Source of the DNA: Octopus bimaculoides
Lineage: Eukaryota
Direction of reading: 5' to 3'
Assembly (NCBI RefSeq): GCF_001194135.2
Contig: NC_068985.1
Coordinates: 16,476,275 to 16,540,274, forward strand
DNA length: 64,000 bases
The position numbers were made by a program, and so were the translations under genes. This document shows, piece after piece, positions 40,271-51,510 of this stretch. Positions within the stretch are counted from its first letter, which is position 1. The number at the start of each line of letters is the position of its first letter. The notes below the pieces were generated by a model, which worked only from the letters and a program-made list of their open reading frames with translations, did no database searches and was not told the origin of the DNA.

Positions 40271-40516
40271 AACACACAAATATATATACATGAGGTAAAC
40301 ACAAGATGTAATTTACATCATTTGTTCCTCACATACGTTTCATAATTGTTATTTGCATCCACAGTTCTGATTGTGTTTCAAGTGCAACTGGATGCACTAA
40401 TTCTTCATCAGTTATCAACCAGAAGGTATTACTCAGTTTCGCACCATATATATATATTACGGAGATGCACTTGCATAGCAAGTGACCTGATCTGAGATCG
40501 TGTGCTGGAACGAAAA

Positions 40517-40721
40517 CAATTGCAGCGTGGAAAGTGTTTATAAGCCATTTAAAATAACACACAAAATCCGTTAGATTCACTTCAACATTTAAATTTAATT
40601 TGTCAAAATATTTTCGTCGCTTTGAGACCGCGACCTGTTCACTGACAAAATTCTGTGCTGCACAGAACGGATTTTGTGTGTTATTTTAAATGGCTTATAA
40701 ACACCTTCCACGCTGCAATTG
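40517..40721. repeat. 56-bp inverted repeat pair enclosing a hammerhead fold (Penelope-like terminal repeat)
   Basis: 40517-40572 and 40666-40721 are reverse complements with one mismatch seen (ggaaagtg vs caccttcc). Confidence 0.85.
40599..40649 (-). ncRNA. Minimal type I hammerhead fold with G3:C8 compensatory core
   Basis: Minus strand: TTTGTCA-GTGAACA-G-GTCGC/ggtctcaaa/GCGAC-GAAA-ATAT-T-T(cleavage)-TGACAAA. 7-bp stem I, 5-bp stem II, palindromic AATATT stem III. Confidence 0.7.
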
Positions 40722-40848
40722 TATATATNNNNNNNNNNNNNNNNNNNNNNNNNNNNNNNNNNNNNNNNNNNNNNNNNNNNNNNNNNNNNNNNNNNNNNNN
40801 NNNNNNNNNNNNNNNNNNNNNNNNNNNNNNNNNNNNNNNNNNNNNNNN

Positions 40849-40879
<31 letters not shown>

Positions 40880-40880
<1 letters not shown>

Positions 40881-41055
40881 TGGCACATAAAAAGCACCCA
40901 CTACACTCTGAGTGGTTGGCATTAGGAAGGGCATCCAGCTGTAGAAACTTTGCCAGATCAGATTGGAGCCTGGTGCAGTCTTCTGGCTCGCCAGCCCTCA
41001 GTCAAACCGTCTAACCCATGCCAGCATGGAAAGCGGACATTAAACGATGATGACG
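40880..41055 (+). mobile_element. RTE-tail repeat (family C)
   Basis: Ends ccatgccagcatggaaagcggacattaaacgatgatgac. Confidence 0.8.
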
Positions 41056-41252
41056 GTGACACACACACATATATATATATATATATACACATATACATAG
41101 TTGTCTTGAGAGAGTCATGATACCAATATTAATAACACATGCACAGGTTCAATTCTACTTCTTTAATAATGTCAATTGGTTAAATATCTATCCAAGTCAA
41201 CAAAATTTGTTTCAATACATGAACTCACATCAAGAATCTTGCCAAATCAAAT

Positions 41253-41291
<39 letters not shown>

Positions 41292-41569
41292 CAAGTTTCT
41301 GTACATTGCCCATTTACCAAAGACTATGGTGGAAGACTCTTGTCCAAGCGGACACGAAATGGGAGTGAACTTCTTAACTACATAGCTAATACTAATATGT
41401 ATGAGATGCTTGGACTAATATATATTAGTTTAAAGCAGTGATGCTATGAAGTATCCTTCATTAAAATTAGGCTGTGGAACTACATTCCTAATAAGCCAGT
41501 TTCAGTTTAGTGTTTAATACATTTGGTAGCACTTCATTATTAACCTGCATTTCAATGGAATTGCCAACA

Positions 41570-41880
41570 TAGCTGTGTGGTTAAGAAACTTGCTTTGCAA
41601 CTACATGGTTTCAGATTCAGTGCTACAGCACAGCACTTTGGGCAAGTGTCTTCTACTATAGTTCTGTGCCAACTATGCCTTGAGAGTGAATTTGGTAGAT
41701 GGAAACTGTGTAAAAGCTTTGACAGTGTTGGTTTGTTTACAAGTCCATAACTATTCGGTTCGATAGAAAAGACCATTTAAATAAGTACCAGACTTTAAAA
41801 ATATGCACTGGTGTTGATTTATCCAACTAAACCCTTCGTAGTGGTGCTGCAGCATCGCCACAATCAAACGTCCGAAATAA
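41570..41880 (+). mobile_element. Degraded SINE family A
   Basis: gctgtgtggttaagaaacttgc..ggtttcagattcag..ttgggcaagtgtcttctacta. Confidence 0.7.
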
Positions 41881-42067
41881 GTAAGATCAATCTTCACAAT
41901 TTTGCCTTGATTTAATCATTCTTACAAATGTATTCAATGCAAAAATAATTCCAATGCCTTCAAAACCTTTAATGTATTATCCTTATCCATAGTCTCCAAA
42001 TGAATTTTCCCGAAGTTATATGATACGGGTAAATATCCACATTTTAAAAACATGGTGAGCAGATATA

Positions 42068-42437
42068 GGCGCAGGAGTCGCTGTGTGGTAAGTAGCTTGC
42101 TTACCAACCGCATGGTTCCGGGTTCATTCCCACTGAGTGGCATCTTGGGCAAGTGCCTTCTACTATAGCCACGGGCAGACCAAAGCCTTGTGAGTGGATT
42201 TGGTAGACGGAAACTGAAAGAAGCCTGTCGTATATATGTATGTGTGTCTGTGTTCGTCCCCCAACATCGCTTGACAACCGATGGTGGTGTGTTTACGTCC
42301 CCGTAACTTAGCGGTTCGGCAAAAGAGACTGATAGGATAAGTACTAGGCTTACAAAGAATAAGTCCTGGGGTCGATTAGCTCGACTAAAAGGCGGTGCTC
42401 CAGCATGGCCACAGTCAAATGACTGAAACAAGAGATA
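42068..42437 (+). mobile_element. Well-preserved tRNA-derived SINE family A
   Basis: ggcgcaggagtcgctgtgtggtaagtagc..GGTTCATTCCC..cttgggcaagtgcc..cagtcaaatgactgaaacaag. It accounts for the spurious ORF 41934..42446. Confidence 0.9.
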
Positions 42438-44275
42438 TAACACCAATTTAGCAATTGTACTCGCAGAATACTTGAAAGTATTTTATGACAGATCCCTAGT
42501 TTCTTACCATAGTTCAGACCTTCAAGTTTTATAGACTTGGAGAACCAAATTATAACATTGAATATACCGATTCGGCAATCTTTCGTTTTGACTCGTCAGA
42601 TGTTTACATTTCTGCGAGTCATATCGAAACATCGAAACATTTCATATCGAAAATTCTAGGCGATTCTGGAGTTTAACATTTCGCTTTATTACAATTCCAA
42701 GTACGTAAATAATGTCCTTCACTAACAACTTCACAGAAACATCAACCCAGAAGAACTTTAGAACCTTCGGAAGGATGAAACGCGAAGTCGATCTCGGCGA
42801 GATCCAGCGCTGGACATGGAAGAAATAACAGCAAATTCTCACAAATAACACTTTACCACCTTAAATACATAAGGACAAATCGAACAATGGGCAATACTTT
42901 ATGAACCCAAAAGAAAATACTAACAGAAACCAGAATACCATACACTAACATCGATCATTGCATTTTCTAAAAATAAATAAATAAATAAGGCCCGTTTCAA
43001 ATGATATTTAATCATGTTTTAAGTATAAAACGTAATTGTATTCAGCAAGGGTGGTATTGATTCAATGACAGTTATATGCAGATCTTTTTGTTAGTTACCT
43101 ATACAAGATTTAAAAATGTGTTTATTATGGAAGGCTAGTGTGTGGCATTATTCTGTAGTAATGCCCTTATATAAATATAAATGAATAAATATACAAGATT
43201 TATCTGGAATCACTGCTATACTGAATTAAATAGTTCTATCCTTAATAAGCATATCTTAATAAACACGATTAAAATTTATTTGAAATATGCTTCTTTAGAA
43301 AATTTAATGACGTTCATATTGGTATTTTTACCCTATTATTCCTGGCTTTGTTTGTATTTACTTTTGGCCAAAATGCAAAGGATCACCGGACGATGTAATC
43401 TGAGATATGCAAAAAGACGAGATGGTCACAGATGGAACGCTTTTAATTATAGACTTGCTTAATCTAAAAAATTAGTTTGCTTTTTTTAAAAAAAAAAAGA
43501 TGTTTTTAAAGGCGACACAAGTCAAATAAATCTGAAAGCGTTACTTCGTTGGTTTTAGTTTAAAATATATTTAAAATCCTGAAAGCCATCTATTGTGTTA
43601 AATTCTTCATTTGCAGAGCGCTTTATCAGTAATCATATTTAAAAGAATACTCTTAGAATTCAGATTCTTTGGTGAATTACATTCATGTTGTGGTCAGTGG
43701 AACAAATTTAAAATCTCTATAGATTGCTGAACAATTCTATACACGCATGGTTTTCCTTAGAATGGATTGACATGTGCTTAGTAAATAGGATTTCAGTTAT
43801 TCTTGAGGTAAAAGAATGTTGTTGCCATATTAAGAAAATCGATGTACAAATTATTATTCATTCATTTATGAGCATTTCAGGAATACCTGTTAAAAAGTTT
43901 TCATTATACATATGCAATTAATTCATGAAATTTAAATAATTTTCATGAGTATTTTGAATAAATTAATGTTACATCCAAGCACACGTTCAATAATATACTT
44001 TCTTCTTTTGCTTTTAAGAATAAGATATTGTTAGAATAATGCTATAAATGAAAATTTTAAACGATATATTAAAACATCTGGTAAGAATTAAGAGATAGTT
44101 TAAAGAGATAAATACAAAAATTGAGACAAAATGAAAAACATAAGAAATTTCGAGCGGACAAGGATATCCTCTACGCCATATGTAATATCTGTGAACCGAC
44201 GTGCAAGTCATTGTGTTTTCATAAATAATAATAATCATTGCAAAAAACAAGATGAAATATCATAAATATACTAAC

Positions 44276-44505
44276 CTTGGAGATTAATGTAATGTAAATT
44301 TTAAGAAACTGTGCTGTTTAATTCATCAAAATATTACGATTTAAACATATTTTAGTGAGAAAAAGCGCTAGAGGCTAAGCTTCAATGTAGCAGTAAATAC
44401 AACAGAGGGAAACAATAGGTTTATAATTGAAGTGACCAAGGGAAGTAACTTGTGTGTGTCAGAGAAGTAGCGTTTGTCGTAGCAGACGATTTATTTCTGA
44501 GAAAT
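44276..44505. promoter_or_regulatory. Putative bidirectional promoter between a minus-strand 5' exon (donor AAG|GTTAGT at 44276/44275) and the TOP6BL-like ATG
   Basis: Short unique segment with several CpGs and an ETS-like GGAAGT (44441-46). The donor is 230 bp from the divergent ATG. Inference only. Confidence 0.3.
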
Positions 44506-45879
44506 ATGACTGAGACATGGGCAGCAGTTGGAATTGGCCAAATGGAAGATTTACCTGTTCATGTAGCAGTAGAAGAATTAATACGTATGGTATTTCTAGA
44601 ACAAAAGCAACAATTTGTAAGAGATAAATCTTCAATTACCCTTGATATAAAATCATGCAAAACTGGAAATGATAGCACTCAACAAGAATTATTTAAAATT
44701 AAATTATATTGTATCAGCGGTGTTTCAGACATTTCTATGTATCTTAAGGACGGATTAATCAAAACATTGCAATTCTTAGTAGAAAGAATGCAATCCTTTA
44801 TTAAAAATGAAAGTCACTTATGTCAAATTGAAAAGTGTCATTTGAGTGACAACCATGCTTTGCAAAGGAATTATTTTTTTATTAAAAATCCTCAAAATAA
44901 AACCACTGACTTAAGTGAAATTACTCAAAGTATCAACAAAGTCCTTCAAAGTCAAGCTACATGGTATTTGAGAATCTACCAAAATCATGTACATATGCTG
45001 AGTGAATGTAGCAAAATTCTTGATTATCTGAAAAAATTAAGAATTCTAAACCCATCAGATGAATTCAAGTATAAATTAAAAGTATCAGGTATTAAATGCA
45101 ATCCTGATTTATCTGCTAATAACTATATTGAACTGTGTAATAAAAGAATACTCACTGGTTTCCATCAAAATACTAAAACTGGTAAGATAGATGATATTTC
45201 AGGAAAGACTTTCATAGGTACTACAACATCTTTAACTATTTCTACCAAGGAAAATATTTATCGGAATATCTTTACTTTGACTTGTCTTGGTTTTCTTTTC
45301 CCACTTGCAGAAGAAGATGCTGGAGAAAAACAGCATTTAATTGAATTTTTCTCCTTTGGTCCCTATGGCGAACCCTTAAAACTTCCACATACAATTTTAA
45401 ATTTTATTTCATGGGAGAAATACAATCTAAAAGCTTTGCTAAATAATCCCTTTGAAAATACAAGCAGTTCTTTACGGCCAGAAGTATGTCTTATTACACA
45501 ACTAACAAATGGAAATACTTTGAAATGTCAAAAGTTTTGTGTTGTTATTTATATAATATTTGACAATACTGATAAAAGAGATGCGATGAGCTTACATGTT
45601 CTTGGATATCTACATAACAACTTGAAGTCTATTTTTGACACCAATGAAAGAAATGTAAGAATAGCAATAGAAAGTTTCACAAATCTTGTCTTTCATACAA
45701 ATACTTCAAATCATGAAAATACAAATGAAGACAGTTTTTCAAGTGTTAGTGAATCGATTGCAAACATCGTTCGAAGATCTACAAATGATGAATTTCGAGA
45801 AAGCTGTTTTCATACCATGAAATCTAGTTCAGTGCAAGAAATGAAAACTACAATAACAAAAAGGTTGAAAAAGCTTTGA
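44506..45879 (+). CDS. TOP6BL: Type 2 DNA topoisomerase 6 subunit B-like (TOPOVIBL) meiotic SPO11 partner; 457 aa, intronless ORF
   Basis: Colinear matches to human TOP6BL/C11orf80 as recalled: YLKKLRILNP..FKYKLKVSG ~ FLRKIIMVHP..FHFSVKVNG; FFSFGPYGEPL ~ IFLYGPLGLPL; ISWEKYNL ~ VDWKKYHL; SVSESIANIVRRSTNDEFRESCFHTMKSSSVQEM ~ [34 protein letters not shown]. First ATG at 44506 (track ORF starts at TTG 44452). Confidence 0.8.
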   Translation: MTETWAAVGIGQMEDLPVHVAVEELIRMVFLEQKQQFVRDKSSITLDIKSCKTGNDSTQQELFKIKLYCISGVSDISMYLKDGLIKTLQFLVERMQSFIKNESHLCQIEKCHLSDNHALQRNYFFIKNPQNKTTDLSEITQSINKVLQSQATWYLRIYQNHVHMLSECSKILDYLKKLRILNPSDEFKYKLKVSGIKCNPDLSANNYIELCNKRILTGFHQNTKTGKIDDISGKTFIGTTTSLTISTKENIYRNIFTLTCLGFLFPLAEEDAGEKQHLIEFFSFGPYGEPLKLPHTILNFISWEKYNLKALLNNPFENTSSSLRPEVCLITQLTNGNTLKCQKFCVVIYIIFDNTDKRDAMSLHVLGYLHNNLKSIFDTNERNVRIAIESFTNLVFHTNTSNHENTNEDSFSSVSESIANIVRRSTNDEFRESCFHTMKSSSVQEMKTTITKRLKKL

Positions 45880-48169
45880 ATATTCTTAATTAAAACTTAT
45901 TAAAAAAATTGAGTTTCTCCAATTTTATTTATCAAACAAATATTTCAGCATTAAAATATTCCTATAGAATTAAATTGTGCTCTCATTAAAAAAATTTTCT
46001 TGAATATAACTATTTGGGATGCATCCTGTGACTTGTATAATTTGGGAGTGTCAGCTTAGACTATCTGGTCATGTTGCTTAATTTTTCAAGTTGTATCTTG
46101 CATACTGTGTTCTCTTCTCTGAGGATCCAGCTGGGAAAACAACTTGTGTTGGTCAACTATAAGCCTCGTGGCCACAACTGATGCTGAAATGTTTCATTAA
46201 GATGGAGACTGGGACACTGCTCAGGATGACCCGAGCAGATACCAATAAATGCTGGATACAGTGATGTATGGCCTCTATACCTGACCTGATAACTACTTGA
46301 TACAGTTTACATCAACAATTCTATTGTAATTACTAAAAGACAATAAGTAATATTAAATATTTCAGCTTTGTGTCACAGTGCCATTGCAGACTATTGACTT
46401 TCAAAAACTGTTACACAAGCCCACGAAGAAGCTTCCATGTGGTCCCTCATCTCACTAGAAATAGCAACCAAATTTCTTTCATATTATACTTTCCAAGAGA
46501 AAAGACACAGGCTAGTATTTTAATCATATGTCTTGAATTCTATAATTCCAACAATTAATTGCTTATTTGGTAATTTGGATAATAATGTAACTGAAATAGC
46601 TATTATATCTTCATTAACATATTATACAGAAACTCAACAGTCCAGCACTACACGCTAACAAAATACTCATCAGCTAATAGCATTGATGTTTCATTGAGGT
46701 GCCTATCTATAGCGAGATGAAATAAGTTTGTAATAGATGTCTTTGTCAATTACAGAACACAGTTAGAATTTTCTAAATGTCATGTTTGGAGACTCCGTTA
46801 GCTTCAATTTACAATGTATTTATCAAAAGATACAATTACTAGCATTTAAAAAGTAATTTTAAAAGCAATAAAAGAGATACTTACAAATATACATACATTT
46901 AGAACATCTCTTTTCAATACTAAAGAATGTTTGTGTTACCATATTGTTTCTGTCTTCCCGTTTCTTCATAACACTATACTGAATCAATTATCTATGCTGT
47001 TAATAATAGTGTGTTTATTGTATATATACAATATGTGTATGTATCAGATTGGGATATATAAACACTTAAGAATAAATAAAACCATTCAACTTGCTTTATT
47101 TCATGGCATCATCCAACACACTTATCTGTATACAATTTCAAATTTTATATAAATATTGATTTACTATTTTAAACAAGGCCATAAACTTGGTGAGAATAGA
47201 TGATTATATCGACCACCCTAGTACTTGACTGATACTTATTTTATCAACCTAAGAAGGAACCCAGCAGGATTTTAATTCAGAATGTAAAAAGCTGTAACTG
47301 AATACCTCAAGCTATTTTGTCAGAGGAGTGCCATAGAACAATGTTATGACTCAGCAGGATTACCTTACAATGTAATCTGGGATCATGGTAGAAGCCATTT
47401 TATTTATGTCACCAATGCTTTTAGCAAAGAGTTGACTATTCCATCATACCTTTAGAAAGTAGGGTCTTTCTATGCAGAACTTGTCCAGGCAAGAACTTCT
47501 AATCTATCTAAAATATGGCAATCATTGTAGAAGGAAAGAGGTAATTCTTTCCTTTTTCTGGCTAGTATACATTAATCTAGTATTTAACATTTCCTTTTCA
47601 GAATAACTGTTTTCACAATAGATCCTATTCGCAAGTGAGAGACTGCTTTTTAAGATGACATTTTAAAACAGCTAATTTTGTCAGCTATTGAAAATGTTAT
47701 GATAATGCATAAGCACTTTTATTACTGATCCTGAAAAAGAAATTGTTTAATGTCCATTATGCTCAAAACTCACATATAAAGTACATTAAACATCACAGTT
47801 AGCTAAAAATAGTTTAATTTTGAAGTTATAATGGTTATAATAGGAGTAAAAATTGCATTTCAAAAACTGACCTTCCTCTTCAAAGCCAGCTCCTGACAGT
47901 TGCTAACTCTCTACAAGTCTGAAGTGAGATCCCCAAAAGAATACTGTTCATTTGATTCACTGCTACTGTTGCCATTGAACACAAACATCCTAGACTGGTT
48001 TGCACAGAGTCACTCACCTACTCACTCCAAACTTTGATCCACAGACATGCTCTTTGCTTTTATCTTTTTTATTGTTACCAATGGCCTCTTCTCTTTGGAG
48101 CAAGCTGATCTCAAGCTCCCTCCCTTTACATTCACGACTCAACATGTTAGGCCCAACATGACTCAACCT

Positions 48170-49080
48170 GTTAGACCCAACACTTGAAAGGTACTTTTTA
48201 TGTGCCAGTTATGTGACACCAGCATCAGCCACAAATATTTCACTTGGCTTGATAGGCCTTCTTAAGCACAGCATATCACCAAAAGTCTCAGTCACTAGTT
48301 ATTGTCTCTGAGGTCCAAATTTCGAAGATTATGCTTCACCACTTTATCTCATGTCTTCCTGGGTCTACCTCTTCCACAGTTAGAGATCAGCACTTCATTA
48401 TACAGCTTTCCTCGCCCATACACATCAGATGACCATATCAGCATAGTCGTCTCTTTTGCACACCATATGCCTCTTATGCCCAACTTTTCTCTCAAGATGC
48501 TTACACTGTTGTACATGCACACTAATATTGCACATCCTGCAAAGCATACTAGCTTCGTTCTTTCAAGCCTATGCATGTCCTCAGCTATCAAAGCCCATGT
48601 TCCACTGCCATGTAGCATAGCTATTTGCACACAGACATTATACAATCTGCCTTTCACTCTGAGGGAGAGGCCCTTTGTTGCCAGCAGAGGTAGGAGCTCT
48701 CTGAACTTTGCCCAGCCGATTCTTATTCTCACAGCCAAGCTCTCAGAGCATCCACTTCTGCTACTAACTTGGTCACCTCTAACTTACCCCACTAGCAGCT
48801 GATGGAGTCTATTTTCTGTGCTTATTGTACCCGTGTATCTTCCACACACAAAAACTATTTTCCCTGTTAACCTTCCTGATATTGCTGCACCGCTTATGTT
48901 CATAGCTTAGTGGGCACATCTTATGGATTTTCTACCTACATCTTTTCTCCAGATCAAGTAGGGCCATCTACCTGAAGGGATTTGTCTGCCTTCCTACCTA
49001 CTTACTAAGACTTTGGTTTTTGCTAGGTTAACTCTAAGGCCCTTCAATTCTAGACCTTGCTTCCATACCTGAAACTTCTT
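48170..49080 (-). mobile_element. 5'-truncated RTE LINE (RT end, C-terminal domain and 3' UTR)
   Basis: KFQVWKQGLELKGLRVNLAKTKVLV; RIRIGWAKFRELLPLL..RVKGRLY..MLHGSGTW; GRGRPRKT. The 3' UTR is family C. Confidence 0.9.
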
Positions 49081-49095
49081 TAGTTCTGGTAGTGA

Positions 49096-49126
<31 letters not shown>

Positions 49127-49644
49127 GACTGGAGTCTGGTGCACCTTCCAGTGTGCCAGCCCAGTCAAATAGTCCAACCCATGAACCCATGCCAACATGC
49201 ACAATGGACATTAAATGATGATGATGGGCTTCTTTCAGTGTCTGTCCACCATATCCACTCACAAGGCTTTGGGCTACAGCAGAAGACACTTGGCCAAGAT
49301 GCCACACAGTGGGACTGACCACATGGTTGGGAAGTAACCACAGAGTTACACTTACTCCTAATAGATGGAATACCCTTGATCACAAGTCTGCTCAATCTGG
49401 AACTAAACAACATTAATAAAACAAACAGGGAAATATATGACACATGTCTATAAAGAATAATAGTAACATGAAAGTGTCCTATTTCAGATTCTAAGTGATT
49501 CACCAAATTCACTTGTACAAAGGAATATCAAGCTGCACAAAGTTTTAAGTAATATGTAATATTTTTCAGCTGACTATAAACAAAATGCTTTTGCTTTATT
49601 CAATATTAAAAGTATTTTTTTTCTACTTGGTTTTTATTTTATCT

Positions 49645-49830
49645 GTTACTTATTTCAGTCATTAGTCTGCAGCCATGCTGGGGCACTGCCTTGAAGAATT
49701 TTAGTCAAACAAATTGACCCCAGTACTTTTTTATTTCTTTTAGACCGGATACTTATTTTATCAGTCTCTTCACTGAACCACTAAGTTACAGGGATGTAAA
49801 CAAACACTGGTTGATAAGTGGTGGCGGAGG

Positions 49831-49880
<50 letters not shown>

Positions 49881-50040
49881 GGCAGGCTTCAGTTTCCATC
49901 TACCAAATCCATTCACAAGATTTTGGTTGGTTTGAGCCCATAGTAAAAGGCACGTGCCCAAGGTGTGACACAGTGGGACTGAACCCAGAACCACATGGCT
50001 GGGAAGCAAACTTCTTACCACACAGCCATGCCTGCACCTA
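49645..50040 (-). mobile_element. tRNA-derived SINE family A
   Basis: Reverse complement of family A with CA/TA tract; head at ~50035 (cacacagccatgcctgcacc). Confidence 0.85.
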
Positions 50041-50362
50041 TGATGTTAAAATATTTAATCTTGCTCAGCCAATATTTGAATGTTTGGAATTATTTATTAT
50101 CAATACTATGTTATGTTTCTCATAATGTTGACAGATTCATTAAAATAAATGTATCAAACTTACTTAATAATGTTATATGTTAATATAATATAAAATAATA
50201 TATTTAATATTTTAAACATTATTTAATTTAATAATATTTAATACATTAATTTATAGATTAAAAATCAATTGGAATAAAAACAGCAAAAAAAAAAAAATAG
50301 AAACAAAGTTTTATTTAATTTCGAAATAATTAAAAATCGTAAAATTTCCAAATATTTTTTGC

Positions 50363-50902
50363 TCAGTCATATTTTCCTTGTAGCCAATCAAAGCGAGAAT
50401 ATTTATTATTGCCAAACTTATACCAAGCTTCTTTAGACCATTTCCAAAATGCTGCCGTTTTTACACCTCCTTTTGAATAATCTTCCTTCCATAACTCTCC
50501 TTTAGTTTTAAATTCCATCTGTTTATGACGAGGTTTTAAGTTACACTCAACAAACAGACGACGATGCCTATAAACAAAATAACATCCTTTGCACCTGAGT
50601 TTTGGATACAGCTTCATTTTGTAAGTACGTTTTTGCTGCCAAGGGAATCCAGTAGTTGGCAGAATGGAAAACAAACTTGAATTATTAGACAAAAGACAGG
50701 ATGGTGATTTTGAAATTAAAGGTCCACTACCAACATTAAAATTCTTTGTAGAAAAAGACTGGCTGCATGTTGACTTGGTACTTAAGGCTCGAAGAATTGT
50801 TTGGTTAGAATTTCCTGATATAATAGTCTTTTGAGTGATTCCATTGAATATAGATGAAAAGTTTCTATGAAAGTTCAATGAAGCTCTTAGTACGCAATTC
50901 AT
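50363..50902 (-). CDS. MRPL36: Mitochondrial ribosomal protein bL36m (39S L36), 179 aa, single coding exon
   Basis: L36 zinc-ribbon YKMKLYPKLRCKGCYFVYRHRRLFVECNLKPRHKQ (C,C,C,H intact) after a long S/R/K-rich, acid-free presequence. Acceptor ttttgcttttgttttgcAG at 50914-13, ATG at 50902. Confidence 0.93.
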   Translation of the reverse strand: MNCVLRASLNFHRNFSSIFNGITQKTIISGNSNQTILRALSTKSTCSQSFSTKNFNVGSGPLISKSPSCLLSNNSSLFSILPTTGFPWQQKRTYKMKLYPKLRCKGCYFVYRHRRLFVECNLKPRHKQMEFKTKGELWKEDYSKGGVKTAAFWKWSKEAWYKFGNNKYSRFDWLQGKYD

Positions 50903-51319
50903 CTTGACATACCTGCAAAACAAAAGCAAAAAAAATAAATTTTTTTTTTGATATTGAACTGTATTTGTGACATGGAACACAATCACATCGCTTCACATCT
51001 ATTTTTCCACACTTGCATGAATCAGACAAAATTTTGCTGAGATAGGTTTTCTACACTTTGATACTCTTCCTTTCACCAATCCTCATCTGTTTGCAGGCAA
51101 GACAATATTTTTCATGACCAAACATGTTCTTAATGGAAGACCAGAAACAAATAACATCACTTATATAATGGTAATGTTTGTATACAATCATCACATGCTG
51201 TCAAGACAAGAGTACACAAACATGCTTTAATCAACCTGGGGTAATAGGACACTTGCCAAGAGCCATGTAAAGGCACTAAATCCAAGCTTAAATACTGGTT
51301 GGAAAGCAAGCTTCTGTAC

Positions 51320-51510
51320 TACACCCATGCTGGTCCACATAAAAAGCACCCAGTATACTCTGTAAAGTGGCTGATGTTAAGAAGGGCATCCAGCCATATA
51401 AACCAAACCAAATCAGACTAGAACCTGGTGCAGTACTCCAGTTTGCCAGCTCTGGTCAAACCATCAAATCCATGCCAGCATGGAAAACAGACATTAAATG
51501 ATGATGATTT
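51320..51510 (+). mobile_element. RTE-tail repeat (family C)
   Basis: Ends catgccagcatggaaaacagacattaaatgatgatga. Confidence 0.8.

Noticed and set aside
40385-40445. Additional CTGATGA..AGTGCA/TGCACT..GAAAC on the minus strand
   Set aside because: No valid A15.1-U16.1/NUH geometry or stem I could be built, so it is at best a decayed hammerhead.
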